33,515 bases of DNA from contig JAQGDQ010001590.1 in NCBI GenBank assembly GCA_030141605.1, positions 1 to 33,515 of the forward strand, written 5' to 3'. This document shows positions 10,870-22,494 of the stretch, piece after piece. Each line of letters begins with the position of its first letter. Within the stretch, counting starts at the first letter, position 1. Source of the stretch: Tubiluchus corallicola. Taxonomy: Eukaryota > Animalia > Priapulida. Under the pieces are notes generated by a model. That model did not search any database and had not been told where the DNA came from. It worked only from the letters and a program-made list of their open reading frames with translations. A program made the position numbers and the translations under genes.

Positions 10870-11670
10870 TTCTCGTAACAGAGACATGGAGGAGACTTGA
10901 TACAAACGTGTAAAAATTGCGCATGGATTAGGTGGCATTGAAAGAGAAAAAATGTTTACACTGGCAAATAATGGCAGAACCAGAGGACACTTTCTTAAAA
11001 TTTTTAAACATAGAGCTAAATTGGATTGTAGAAAATATTTTTTTATGGAAAGAGTGGCTAGAACAGGGGTGTGCAAATTATCTGACTAGCCGGGCCACAT
11101 TAAACTTTCCCGCAATTCCTGCGGGCCACAGGCAGTTTGATCAAGGAGCCAAGTACAGAAAGACCTAATAACGATTTTTTTGCATCCGACCTGCGTACAT
11201 CATTACCACTACACTCAAGAAACTATTATAGAAGTTATTAAAATTTATATTACAAACCATATATTTCTACTTTCAGGACAGATAGTGGTAATTTCATTAC
11301 AATGCATATTAGTAATGTGTATCACACAGTCTGTGTAGTACAGTGATATTAAGCTACAACCGTTTTGTAAGGGCTAATGGCATCCGATCTAGTAGAAAAA
11401 ACTACCTGCACTGTCTTTGGGATCGTGGCACGGACTTCAGCTGGATACACTCAATTAATCGCCCGGGCCGCACTTTCATTAGGTTGACAAATCTCTTCGC
11501 GGGCCGCATAAAATCTCTCGGGGGGCCTCAATTTGCACACCCCTGGGCTAGAGAGTAGAATTTACTCCCGTCTGAAATTGCTAAAGCTTCTTCAGTGAAC
11601 AACTTCAAGAACAAGCTGGATAGATATTTAGACAAGAAATATGGGGTAACAACGAGATTGTTTGATTAAT
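10870..11670 (+). mobile_element. CR1-clade LINE ORF2 C-terminal fragment (decayed), split by a MITE
   Basis: Across frameshifts it reads RHGGDLIQTCK..IAHG..GRTRGHFLKIFKHRAKLDCRKYFF..RVAR[MITE]E*NLLPSEIAKASSVNNFKNKLDRY, the typical CR1 ORF2 end. Confidence 0.88.
11064..11545. mobile_element. hAT (Charlie-like) MITE, copy 1, 482 bp
   Basis: Perfect 16-bp TIR CAGGGGTGTGCAAATT and 8-bp TSD GGCTAGAA/GGCTAGAG. Highly similar to 26724-27232 in the opposite orientation. Confidence 0.95.
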
Positions 11671-11686
11671 CTCTACCGCTCTTGTA

Positions 11687-11850
11687 TTTTACACCTGCAG
11701 GTGTAAAAAGTTTGATCAAGCACCTGGTGGCGTAGGTGCTTATGCGACGTCATTTTGCGTTCATCCGAAGATGTATGTTTAAATCTTAGTACCTACTCGA
11801 GGTGTTTATGACAGTTTTATTGCCGAAATTTTCTAATTTTCTCAAATATT
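11687..11850 (+). mobile_element. Possible Helentron-associated (HINE-like) element end
   Basis: Perfect 22-bp palindrome TTTTACACCTGCAGGTGTAAAA (11687-11708), then hairpin AAGCACCT-N8-AGGTGCTT (11718-11741). The family assignment is by resemblance only. Confidence 0.3.
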
Positions 11851-11978
11851 ACAAACCAAGCTCAACTTCCAGAGAGCCTTGGTTTTTCCTTTAACACTCA
11901 GTCTGCTTGTCAATGCCTGACATATATATCCACATTAATGTCTACTGACAAATTCATGTAGACAAGCACAAGACTTAC

Positions 11979-12053
11979 CAACTTTGGCTCCTTATGCTGT
12001 AAAGCACGTTTAGCCCGTTGAGTTTTGGGCTTGATAATTCGCTGCAAAACCAT
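11979..12053 (-). CDS. RPF2: RPF2 coding exon 1 (25 codons)
   Basis: MVLQRIIKPKTQRAKRALQHKEPKL followed by a GTAAGT donor, phase 0. It matches the conserved Rpf2 N-terminus (KPKT.RAKR.L...EPKL) and joins exon 2 in frame for a total of 302 aa. Confidence 0.93.
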
Positions 12054-12589
12054 ACTGCAAATATATTAACGTCTATGCGTTGCACTATTTTGATAAATAT
12101 TAAATTAGTCACGCTCGTACAAATTACAAGGTGCTTGGCACTGCTCGCTTGTTATCGGCAATCTTTTATTTTTCATAGACTTTGAGCAAAAGGTCCCAAC
12201 AAGGTTACTGCATTCAACGCGAGTTTCTTTTCCAATCCTTTATTTCGTGAAATACCACCTTGCAGCATTTAATAACTAGTTGTAAACATTCTCTAGCAGA
12301 AGCGAATTCGAATCGAATTTGTGACTTTTCAAATTCCAGCCGAATTTTAGTATTTTGAATTCAAATTGAGCTCGAAGGATTTTCCATAAGTTTTGAACCG
12401 CCAGTAAGAAGAGTTCTTACAAAGGTCATACATATTACTCGATTTTGTTCTGCAGTCAGACTACTAATAATAAAAACTGTGCACAGAAATTGCAACAAAT
12501 TGTGATAATATTGCATAGTGTTTTAAACGTTTTAATGACAAAGAACATAATTATGGATTGTCTGATTAAAGTCCTGAATTGTTCGAATC

Positions 12590-12937
12590 TATATATATAT
12601 ATATATATATATAAATTCTTTATTTGTCATTAAAAATGGCTCACTCATTACAATAAAATTGAGTAATCCTCAGCGTAATGTTAAAAACAACACTGTTCAA
12701 GACAAATGCGTCCAGTGCAGACTAAAAAAAACTAAAGTGTGAAACTAAGGCCTAATATATACAATAAATGAACATATTTACAAACACAATATTAAAATAT
12801 TTTTACAAAACAATATTACAAAAAAACATTAAATTTTACAAGACATATTTTACACTATATATACATTTAACATGACACAACAGAAACATGTTTTACATGA
12901 CATAATTTTTTTTAATTTTACATTTTTAATCGTTTTA
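12590..12937 (-). mobile_element. Non-LTR retroposon 3' end, family A copy 2
   Basis: Reverse complement of 6311-6740 with an internal deletion. (TA)n tail at 12590-12613. Confidence 0.75.
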
Positions 12938-13522
12938 TATAATATATATAATAATACATATAGTATATATACATAGTATATATGTATGTATATAGTATAT
13001 GTGTATATAGTATATATATGTATATATACCATATATGTATATAGTATATATACATAGTATATATACATAATATATATATAATCTATAATAATTTTAACTA
13101 AAGAATTCTTTTGAGTGAGGCTTGAATGTTCGATGCTCACCCCTCATATAATAAGTTAATAACTAAAATCACAAAAATACAATTATGGGACAATTTTACA
13201 CAAACTACATTATCCAAGGGATTGCTATAAAGCTGCTGAATAGTTTTTCTGTAATAAGCTAACTACTGTATTATAGACAAAAATCAAACAAACAGTATTG
13301 AAGCATAGCCTCCTTTGCAGAGGTAAAAATAATTAAAATAATTATCCCCAGATGTAACGCTGGCTCTGAAGTCTAGACTCTTGTTAAATAGCGTGTCGTT
13401 TTTTTCTTATTTTTAATTTGTGACGTTTTTTGTAGGGCCATTTTTCCTACGCCATTTTTACTGTGCACATGCAGTCGTTGGGATTCTTTACATCTTGATT
13501 CAATCAGTATTGTTTTTGTTGT

Positions 13523-13745
13523 TAATATTGTTTTGTAAACATATTTTAATATGGCGTTTGTAAATATGTTCATTTATTGTATATAATTAGGCCTTAGTTT
13601 TGCACTTTAGATTTTTTTGGTATGCACTGGACGCATTTGTCTTGAACAGTGTTGTTATCTTAACATTACGCTGAGGCTTACTCAATTTTATTATAATGAG
13701 TGAACCATTTTAATGACAAATAAATAATTAATAAATAAAAAATAA
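13523..13745 (+). mobile_element. Non-LTR retroposon 3' end, family A copy 3 (more 5'-truncated)
   Basis: Matches about 6504-6705 and ends in an (AATA)-rich tail. Confidence 0.75.
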
Positions 13746-14593
13746 GGTAGACACCAAACTTAGCTGAATTGAACAAGACTCTTACAAGTGAAGATTTGCT
13801 ATAAAAGGTTTTTGTTCTTGCCAGAAACGCACGTGCGAAAAAGACGGCAGGTTGCGTATATAGCTAGTTATTATTGTAAGTCGCACAAATCTCTTTTTAT
13901 TCCTTAGACCCGATATTAAGGTTAACAGTTGTCATAATTGACGTCATCACCTGAAAATCGGATTCTTGGTGTCACAACGTCAACACACAGTGATATTTTT
14001 TTAGATAGTTTGGGCTGTTGATCTGTTTTTATGGATGACTTTGTTCAGCATTTTTATGTAGATTTTTTACAGGTTTTGTGCAAAAACATTATAGATCTGA
14101 CAGCTGGATTGGGTGTGAGATCAGTGTGATCCGTATCATCTTCAAGCCTCAATAACAAAAAACTGTAATTCATCTTAAATGGCATGGCAGTAGGGATTTT
14201 TTTACTGTAAAACTAATGGGTGGTTGCCCCACTGGTGGACTAAATTGCTCCACTAGTTGTACATCGAAGTCTTGAATAATATACTTCTAAAAAGTCTTTG
14301 ACGACATACTAGAAGTTTGCGTGTCATATTTGCCGAGCCAGAAGTGTTTTTTAAAACACTGGGTGTCAGCTTCTGGTCAGCCCCGGATTAAGCACATGTT
14401 TAGGGCTACAGGGCAGGGGAGGGGCCACACAGTTTCTTTTTAAGTGAAATATATCAGAGCATGTGTGGCAGTTAATTTGTGGACTACCCGCAACTTGATA
14501 TCGTGTTTTAGGGAATCACAGTAAAATTTATGCTAAAATCTCTAGCAATGGCGGATTCAGATTTAGTCAAAAGTCGTATATTAGAGATTAGTC

Positions 14594-15154
14594 GTGATTC
14601 CACAATCGGTCATAGACATTTCATTCGAGAATTCGAGAGCTTCTAGTGGTCAATATTTTAAATTATGTAAAAATTGTAATTCACGTACTATTGATTACGG
14701 TAGTATACCGCTGAATATCCTTGAGTACAAAAAACAGGATATTGAGCATTTTATAACACACCTACGGAAAAATAGATGCCGTACTCGCTACCAATGCCAG
14801 GAGTTATCTATTCTTCCTGAAAATGTATTTTAACTCCTCTAGACCTTCCTTTTCATACAGGTAGCAGAAGGCTAGGAACTATCTTGTACCTTTTTACTAG
14901 GACAAGGTAACTTTAAAGATTTTCTTCTTAAAATTGGATACATACACGAAAATGCCTGTATATGCTCAGAGGAAGCACAAACAGTTGAACATTTGCTTTT
15001 TAATTGTACTTTGGTCGACGAAAATAAAAGATTAGCGCTCGCAAATAGCCTACAATTTCAGAACATTAGTAAAATTTATACATCTCGTGACAAAAACCTG
15101 CTAGATGCTTTCACTGAGTTAGTTTGCGATTCGTTTTTACAAACTTCAGTGTAA
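14594..15154 (+). mobile_element. Decayed LINE ORF2 C-terminus with CCHC zinc knuckle (R1/I-group-like)
   Basis: 14891-15154 translates to FLLGQGNFKDFLLKIGYIHENACICSEEAQTVEHLLFNC...*, fitting the TGHG.F..YL..IG...C.C.....TVEH.LF.C motif. The upstream part is broken by stops. Confidence 0.75.
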
Positions 15155-16318
15155 AATATTGAACTTTCCGTAACAGAACAAATCTGTAGACAGCAAATTT
15201 TTCTGTTCCTAGTCACTTTTAGATTATACAGGTCGTTTTGTGTAAACTGGTGCTATTTGATTTTAGTTGTTCTTTTATATTATTTTGAGGTACGAAATCC
15301 GTGATTTATTGGTATATAAAAGTCTTATGAATGTAACAACTACTTTATTTACAAATGTTTTTTAACCATACCCTGCAATTAGAGGGTCACTGTATGTGTT
15401 AGTGTCTCTGAGAGGCATTTATGACAACTTCAAAAGTCTCAGTTATATTTTCATATAAACCACTGATCTTTATTTCTGCAACATTTAAAACAAAAAAAAA
15501 TAGAAAGGCAAAGGTGACTGACATTTGCTAATTTAGATAGATTGTTACATAGTTTAGTCCATTCATAAATATCAGTGAATAAATCAAAATAAAAATTAAT
15601 AGAAGTAAACTTACATCGTTGCAGCATATATCTAATGATAAATTTCACTAGCTTGCACAAGACATATGTTCACTCATACAACAGAACAGCATAATGAAAA
15701 ACGTAACTAGGTCAGAGCACACACTTTAAACTTTCTAACTAGATGGAGCCACCTTGACTACAAAATTAAAATTTATTAAGTCAGGTTCACACTGGCCTTA
15801 ATAGCATGTATTTTATGTAAATATTTGTATATGTGTATAATTTTAAATAAAGAATAATAATAATAATGATAATAATAATAATAATAGGGCCTCAGGAGAA
15901 GAGGGGTCACAGTTTAGGGGTCATGTGTGGCGGTTTGTGTTTGTTTACGATATGATGATACAGTTGGGTATCGAGTTTTTGGCTACTGAGCAACCTGAAC
16001 TGCTGCAGCCTATCATAATATATTTCAAATGTGGTAATACTTATAGAAATGTGGTGCTACGGAAAACGGGATAGAGTCATCTCTACATTTGTGATCTAAT
16101 AACACTTTTTTGTGTAATCTAAAGCTGATGCTTTAGCATCTACTGTAAATAAATCTTATTGCAACTTTTTTTTCATTTCGAAAGATCAAATTTCGTTTTA
16201 CAGTTTAGTATTGTGTTTATTCTGAATTACCACTTAATAACTTAATATTATGTGATGGCAGCATAATCTTCTTGGTGCTTAAGGCCATCTGAGGCTCTTA
16301 ATCTGGCCCTGTTTTGCT

Positions 16319-17263
16319 GTGCACAACAAGCTAGCTCCCGTCCTTTTCAGGTACATGCTGTGTCCTTGTGTGACTTCATTTAAATTTCTATTGTTGTACC
16401 AACAGGTAGGGAAAGTTAAATTAAACGTGAACACACATAAACGTATTAAGTATTGCAGGACTGACGTGGCAAGGCACTTCATCACTAACACTGGCCCTAG
16501 ACTTTGGAATAACATCAACAAATACATAAAAAATTCTTTATCTATAAATAACTTGAAATGAAATTTCAAAACTGAAATCTTTTCTAATTATACAGAATAA
16601 ATCAATTTGATTAATTACGCTGCTGTCCCTGTCAGAATCCATCACGTTGCTGGCTATGTCAATTTTTACATTTCTATAGTTCATGTTACTTCATACAGAT
16701 ACGATCACATCTTTCTCCTCTTTCTATTCTCGATTAACCTTCCTTTCTACTCCTTTACTGCTCTTTTCTACTACACTCAGTCCACATTCATTACTTCATA
16801 CAGATACCATCACATCTTTCTCCTTCTTTCTATTCTCTATTAACCTTCCTTTCTACTCCTTTACTGCTCTTTTCTACTACACTCAGTCCACATTCATTAC
16901 TTCATACAGATACCATCACATCTTTCTCCTTCTTTCTATTCTCTATTAACCTTCCTTTCTACTCCTTTACTGCTCTTTTCTATTACACTCAGTCCACATT
17001 CATTACTTCATACAGATACCATTACATCTTTCTCCTTCTTTCTATTCTCTATTAACCCTTCTTTCTACTCCTTTACTGCTCTTTTCTACTACACTCAGTC
17101 CACATGCATTTGGGTGCTCTAAAGAAGTAATTACTTCTTGAGTACCCCACGGGTCATTTGCGGCTTGGCATCCTGTGCATATAATATTAAATATATTATT
17201 AAATACTTTTATGTACAATGCTGTAATGATCGTTGTGGATATATTTAATAAATAAATAAATAA
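16319..17263 (+). mobile_element. L2/CR1-group LINE 3' fragment (ORF2 end, 3'UTR, stem-loop, (AATA)n tail)
   Basis: YCRTDVARHFITNTGPRLWNNINKYIKNSLSINNLK*NFK matches the RT....F....GP.LWN.L...IK.S.S...FK end motif. Hairpin GGGTGCTC..AAGAAGTAATTACTTCTT..GAGTACCC at 17112-17147, tail ending near 17263. Confidence 0.75.
16686..17105. repeat. 106-bp tandem repeat, 4 copies, pyrimidine-rich
   Basis: TTACTTCATACAGATAC starts at 16686, 16791, 16897 and 17003. Confidence 0.95.
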
Positions 17264-17508
17264 GAAAATTATTCGAATTTTGCCTGTCCTGGTTGTCCCA
17301 CCAGCAAAATTCCCTAAAAAAATTTCCTGTGTTATTTGCTGCATAAATTACGAAAATTAAGTAGTTTTACAAACATGCTTCTCAATTTTTTGAAACCATT
17401 ATAGTTTGGTTAGCTTGTTTTAATTCTTTTAAAAACTTAGTATGCAATCAAAGTCACCACGATAGTAATTCTACTTTAGTCATTAAACTCTTTCTGATAG
17501 GTGAATTT

Positions 17509-17736
17509 AGAGAGAGAGGGAGTGAGAGAGAGAGAAAGAGGGAGAGAGAGAGAGAGGGGGGAGAGAGAGAGACACACAGAGGGAGTGAGAGAGAGAGAGA
17601 GTAGAGAGAGAGGGGAGAGCAAGAGAGAGAGGGAGAGAGAGAGAGACACACAGAGGGAGAGAGAGAGAGACACACAGAGGGAGAGGGAGTGAGAGAGAAA
17701 GAGGGAGGAGAGAGAGAGAGAGGGAGAGAGAGAGAG
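17509..17736. repeat. Imperfect (GA)n polypurine microsatellite
   Basis: Seen directly. It explains the ER- and SL-rich ORFs. Confidence 0.95.
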
Positions 17737-18692
17737 GTGTAATTGTTTATTTTCAAGTTTCAAAAATAGAATTAAGAGTTGCCAACTTCTTTGCGTTAGG
17801 CAGCTCAGACCCGAAGTGTTATAACCATCAGGCTGCGTCATATACAGTGATGAGAATTTTCTGCGGATACGCGGAATTCTGAGTTTTAGGAAGACCAGTA
17901 GTGCCATTTTTGTAAATCACGTAAATTCGTTGAGAAAATTTCTACGGACCCAGTACATTATTTCACAAGCTGACCGCTAGTTGGCAGGCCGTCACTTTGT
18001 TTACATCACGTACATCAGTGTAACCACGTGTATATCTCTATGTATAAAAATATAGAATCAATTGTGCGGAGTTATTTGAGTCAATTGCAGACAGTTTTTA
18101 TATACTTTTGCATAGGAGCGGCCAGTACTTAGGCGTTTTTGAGACAATTAGGTATCATGTATCCTCGAGAGTTGGGTATTTTAAATTATGCATGAAACAA
18201 GGTAACTGATATTTTAAGTCCACTTAGAGGCTCTCTATGGTCACAAAATTGCAGTTTGTTGCTTCGCCCCCTTGAACCCCCATGGGGGCTTATGCGGCCC
18301 CCAAACCCCCGGCCTGTTTCAGAGTTTTTTGCAATTTGCCATTCTCATCCCTGCATATTATTAAGCAAGACCCTAAAAGATGAAAGTCAAAAACTTTTGA
18401 AATGAATCAGTCACCCCAGTTAATCATGCACTACGTAGGACATTCTCGCTCTTGCTCGGGACCGGATTGACACCACAAGAAGCCTTAAACACTGAAAAAG
18501 ATTAAGATACCCCCCATGAAATGAAATGCCCTAGTGATTTAGAGATACCTGATAACGTACCACATAAATTACCTGAGTTCTTAGACGCAAGTGTAAAAGC
18601 AACATAGCCAAGTTTGTACATTTAAGTTTTTGTGACCTTGGACATGTTTACGTTCCACTGGACTGTTTGCATACCAGGGCTCTAAGTGGGTA

Positions 18693-21600
18693 GTAGAGTT
18701 TCAGTCTGTGTTACTACATGCTGGTACTATTGCCGTAGCCGGCTGAGTGTAGAGTTTCAGTCACTGTGTTACTACGTGCTTGTACTATTGCTGTAGCCGG
18801 CTGAGTATAGAGTTTCTGTCACTGTGTTACTACGTGCTTGTACTATTGCCGTAGCCGGCTGAGTATAGAGTTTCTGTCACTGTGTTACTACGTGCTTGTA
18901 CTATTGCTGTAGCCGGCTGAGTATAGAGTTTCTGTCACTGTGTTACTACGTGCTTGTACTATTGCCGTAGCCGGCTTAGTATAGAGTTTCTGTCACTGTG
19001 TTACTACGTGCTGGTACTATTGCTGTAGCCGGCTGAGTATAGAGTTTCAGTCTGTGTTACTACGTGCTTGTACTATTGCCGTAGCCGGCTGAGTATAGAG
19101 TTTCTGTCACTGTGTTACTACGTGCTTGTACTATTGCCGTAGCCGGCTGAGTATAGAGTTTCTGTCACTGTGTTACTACGTGCTTGTACTATTGCCGTAG
19201 CCGGCTGAGTATAGAGTTTCTGTCACTGTGTTACTACGTGCTTGTACTATTGCTGTAGCCGGCTGAGTATAGAGTTTCTGTCACTGTGTTACTACGTGCT
19301 TGTACTATTGCCGTAGCCGGCTGAGTATAGAGTTTCTGTCACTGTGTTACTACGTGCTTGTACTATTGCTGTAGCCGGCTGAGTATAGAGTTTCAGTCTG
19401 TGTTACTACGTGCTTGTACTATTGCCGTAGCCGGCTGAGTGTAGAGTTTCTGTCACTGTGTTACTACGTGCTTGTACTATTGCTGTAGCCGGCTGAGTAT
19501 AGAGTTTCAGTCTGTGTTACTACGTGCTTGTACTATTGCCGTAGCCGGCTGAGTGTAGAGTTTCTGTCACTGTGTTACTACGTGCTTGTACTATTGCCAT
19601 AGCCGGCTTACTATAGAGTTTCTGTCACTGTGTTACTACGTGCTTGTACTATTGCCATAGCCGGCTTACTATAGAGTTTCTGTCACTGTGTTACTACGTG
19701 CTTGTACTATTGCCATAGCCGGCTTACTATAGAGTTTCTGTCACTGTGTTACTACGTGCTTGTACTATTGTCGTAGCCGGCTGAGTATAGAGTTTCAGTC
19801 TGTGTTACTACGTGCTTGTACTATTGCTGTAGCCGGCTGAGTATAGAGTTTCTGTCACTGTGTTACTACGTGCTTGTACTATTGCTGTAGCCGGCTGAGT
19901 ATAGAGTTTCTGTCACTGTGTTACTACGTGCTTGTACTATTGCCGTAGCCGGCTTACTGTAGAGTTTCTGTCACTGTGTTACTACGTGCTTGTACTATTG
20001 CCGTAACCGGCTTACTATAGACTTTCAGTCTGTGTTACTACGTGCTGGTACTATTGCCGTAACCGGCTTACTATAGAGTTTCAGTCTGTGTTACTACGTG
20101 CTGGTACTATTGCCGTAACCGGCTTACTATAGAGTTTCTGTCACTGTGTTACTACGTGCTTGTACTATTGCCGTAGCCGGCTGAGTATAGAGTTTCTGTC
20201 ACTGTGTTACTACGTGCTTGTACTATTGCCGTAGCCGGCTGAGTATAGAGTTTCTGTCACTGTGTTACTACGTGCTTGTACTATTGCCGTAACCGGCTTA
20301 CTATAGAGTTTCTGTCACTGTGTTACTACGTGCTTGTACTATTGCCGTAGCCGGCTGAGTGTAGAGTTTCAGTCACTGTGTTACTACGTGCTTGTACTAT
20401 TGCCGTAGCCGGCTTACTATAGAGTTTCTGTCACTGTGTTACTACGTGCTTGTACTATTGCCGTAGCCGGCTGAGTGTAGAGTTTCAGTCACTGTGTTAC
20501 TACGTGCTTGTACTATTGCCGTAACCGGCTTACTATAGAGTTTCAGTCTGTGTTACTACGTGCTTGTACTATTGCTGTAGCCGGCTGAGTATAGAGTTTC
20601 TGTCACTGTGTTACTACGTGCTTGTACTATTGCCGTAGCCGGCTGAGTATAGAGTTTCTGTCACTGTGTTACTACGTGCTTGTACTATTGCTGTAGCCGG
20701 CTGAATATAGAGTTTCTGTCACTGTGTTACTACGTGCTTGTACTATTGCCGTAGCCGGCTGAGTATAGAGTTTCTGTCACTGTGTTACTACGTGCTTGTA
20801 CTATTGCCGTAGCCGGCTGAGTGTAGAGTTTCTGTCACTGTGTTACTACGTGCTTGTACTATTGCTGTAGCCGGCTGAGTATAGAGTTTCTGTCACTGTG
20901 TTACTACGTGCTTGTACTATTGCCGTAGCCGGCTTATTATAGAGTTTCAGTCACTGTGTTACTACGTGCTTGTACTATTGCCGTAGCCGGCTGAGTGTAG
21001 AGTTTCAGTCACTGTGTTACTACGTGCTTGTACTATTGCCGTAGCCGGCCTACTATAGAGTTTCTGTCACTGTGTTACTACGTGCTTGTACTATTGCCGT
21101 AGCCGGCTTACTATAGAGTTTCAGTCTGTGTTACTACGTGCTGGTACTATTGCCGTAACCGGCTTACTATAGAGTTTCAGTCTGTGTTACTACGTGCTGG
21201 TACTATTGCCGTAATTGCCTTACTATAGAGTTTCAGTCTGTGTTACTACGTGCTTGTACTATTGCCATAGCCGGCTTACTATAGAGTTTCTGTCACTGTG
21301 TTACTACGTGCTTGTACTATTGCCGTAATTGCCTTACTATAGAGTTTCAGTCACTGTGTTACTACGTGCTTGTACTATTGCTGTAGCCGGCTTACTATAG
21401 AGTTTCTGTCACTGTGTTACTACGTGCTTGTACTATTGCTGTAGCCGGCTGAGTATAGAGTTTCTGTCACTGTGTTACTACGTGCTTGTACTATTGCTGT
21501 AGCCGGCTGAGTATAGAGTTTCTGTCACTGTGTTACTACGTGCTGGTACTATTGCCGTAACCGGCTTACTATAGAGTTTCAGTCTGTGTTACTACGTGCT

Positions 21601-22443
21601 TGTACTATTACTATTGCCGTAACCGGCTTACTATAGAGTTTCAGTCACGGTGTTACTACGTGCTTGTACTGTTGCCGTAGACGGCTTACTATAGAGTTTC
21701 TGTCACGGTGTTACTTCGTGCTTGTACTGTTGCCATAGCCGGCTTACTATAGAGTTTCTGTCATGGTGTTACTACGTGCTTGTACTGTTGCTGTAGCCGG
21801 CTGAGTATAGAGTTTCTGTCACTGTGTTACTACGTGCTTGTACTATTGCCGTAGCCGGCTGAGTGTAGAGTTTCAGTCACTGTGTTACTACGTGCTTGTA
21901 CTATTGCCGTAGCCGGCTTATTATAGAGTTTCTGTCACTGTGTTACTACGTGCTGGTACTATTGCCGTAACCGGCTTACTATAGAGTTTCAGTCTGTGTT
22001 ACTACGTGCTTGCACTATTGCCGTAGCCGGCTTATTATAGAGTTTCTGTCACTGTGTTACTACTTGCTAGTACTATTGCCGTAGCTGGCTTACTATAGAG
22101 TTTCAGTCACTGTGTTACTACGTGCTTGTACTATTGCCGTAGCCGGCTTATTATAGAGTTTCAGTCACTGTGTTACTACGTGCTTGTACTATTGCCGTAG
22201 CTGGCTTATTATAGAGTTTCAGTCACTGTGTTACTACGTGCTTGTACTATTGCCGTAGCCGGCTTATTATAGAGTTTCAGTCACTGTGTTACTACATGCT
22301 TGTACTATTGCCGTAGCCGGCTTATTATAGAGTTTCTGTCACTGTGTTACTACTTGCTTGTACTATTGCCGTAGCCGGCTTACTATAGAGTTTCTGTCAC
22401 TGTGTTACTACATGCTTGTACTGTTGCCGTAGCCGGCTTACTA
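18693..22443. repeat. 58-bp (56-bp variant) minisatellite, about 65 copies
   Basis: Unit AGAGTTTCTGTCACTGTGTTACTACGTGCTTGTACTATTGCCGTAGCCGGCTGAGTAT, with a CTTACTAT variant that increases toward the 3' end. Confidence 0.98.
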
Positions 22444-22494
22444 ACCAGCATCACTATATAACTACAAATTTGTTTCTGTTTTTCAGTTTGTTTC

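Noticed and set aside
12293-12380. Heat-shock element upstream of RPF2 (GAATTCGAATCGAA)
   Set aside because: The spacing does not fit alternating nGAAn. It is more likely a TTCGAA-rich MITE remnant.
14378-16311. Large TIR element (CAGCCCCGGATTAAG / CTTAATCTGGCCCTG, 12 of 15)
   Set aside because: There is no convincing TSD and the interior is mixed. The two ends may come from separate copies.
18240-18352. hAT-like end (TTCTCATCCCTG) and, similarly, a Tc1/mariner-like end at about 23435-23463
   Set aside because: Only one terminus was found in each case.
9552-22443. Common origin of the 53-bp and 58-bp arrays (shared TAGAGTTT.CTGT)
   Set aside because: The similarity is limited to about 12 bp.
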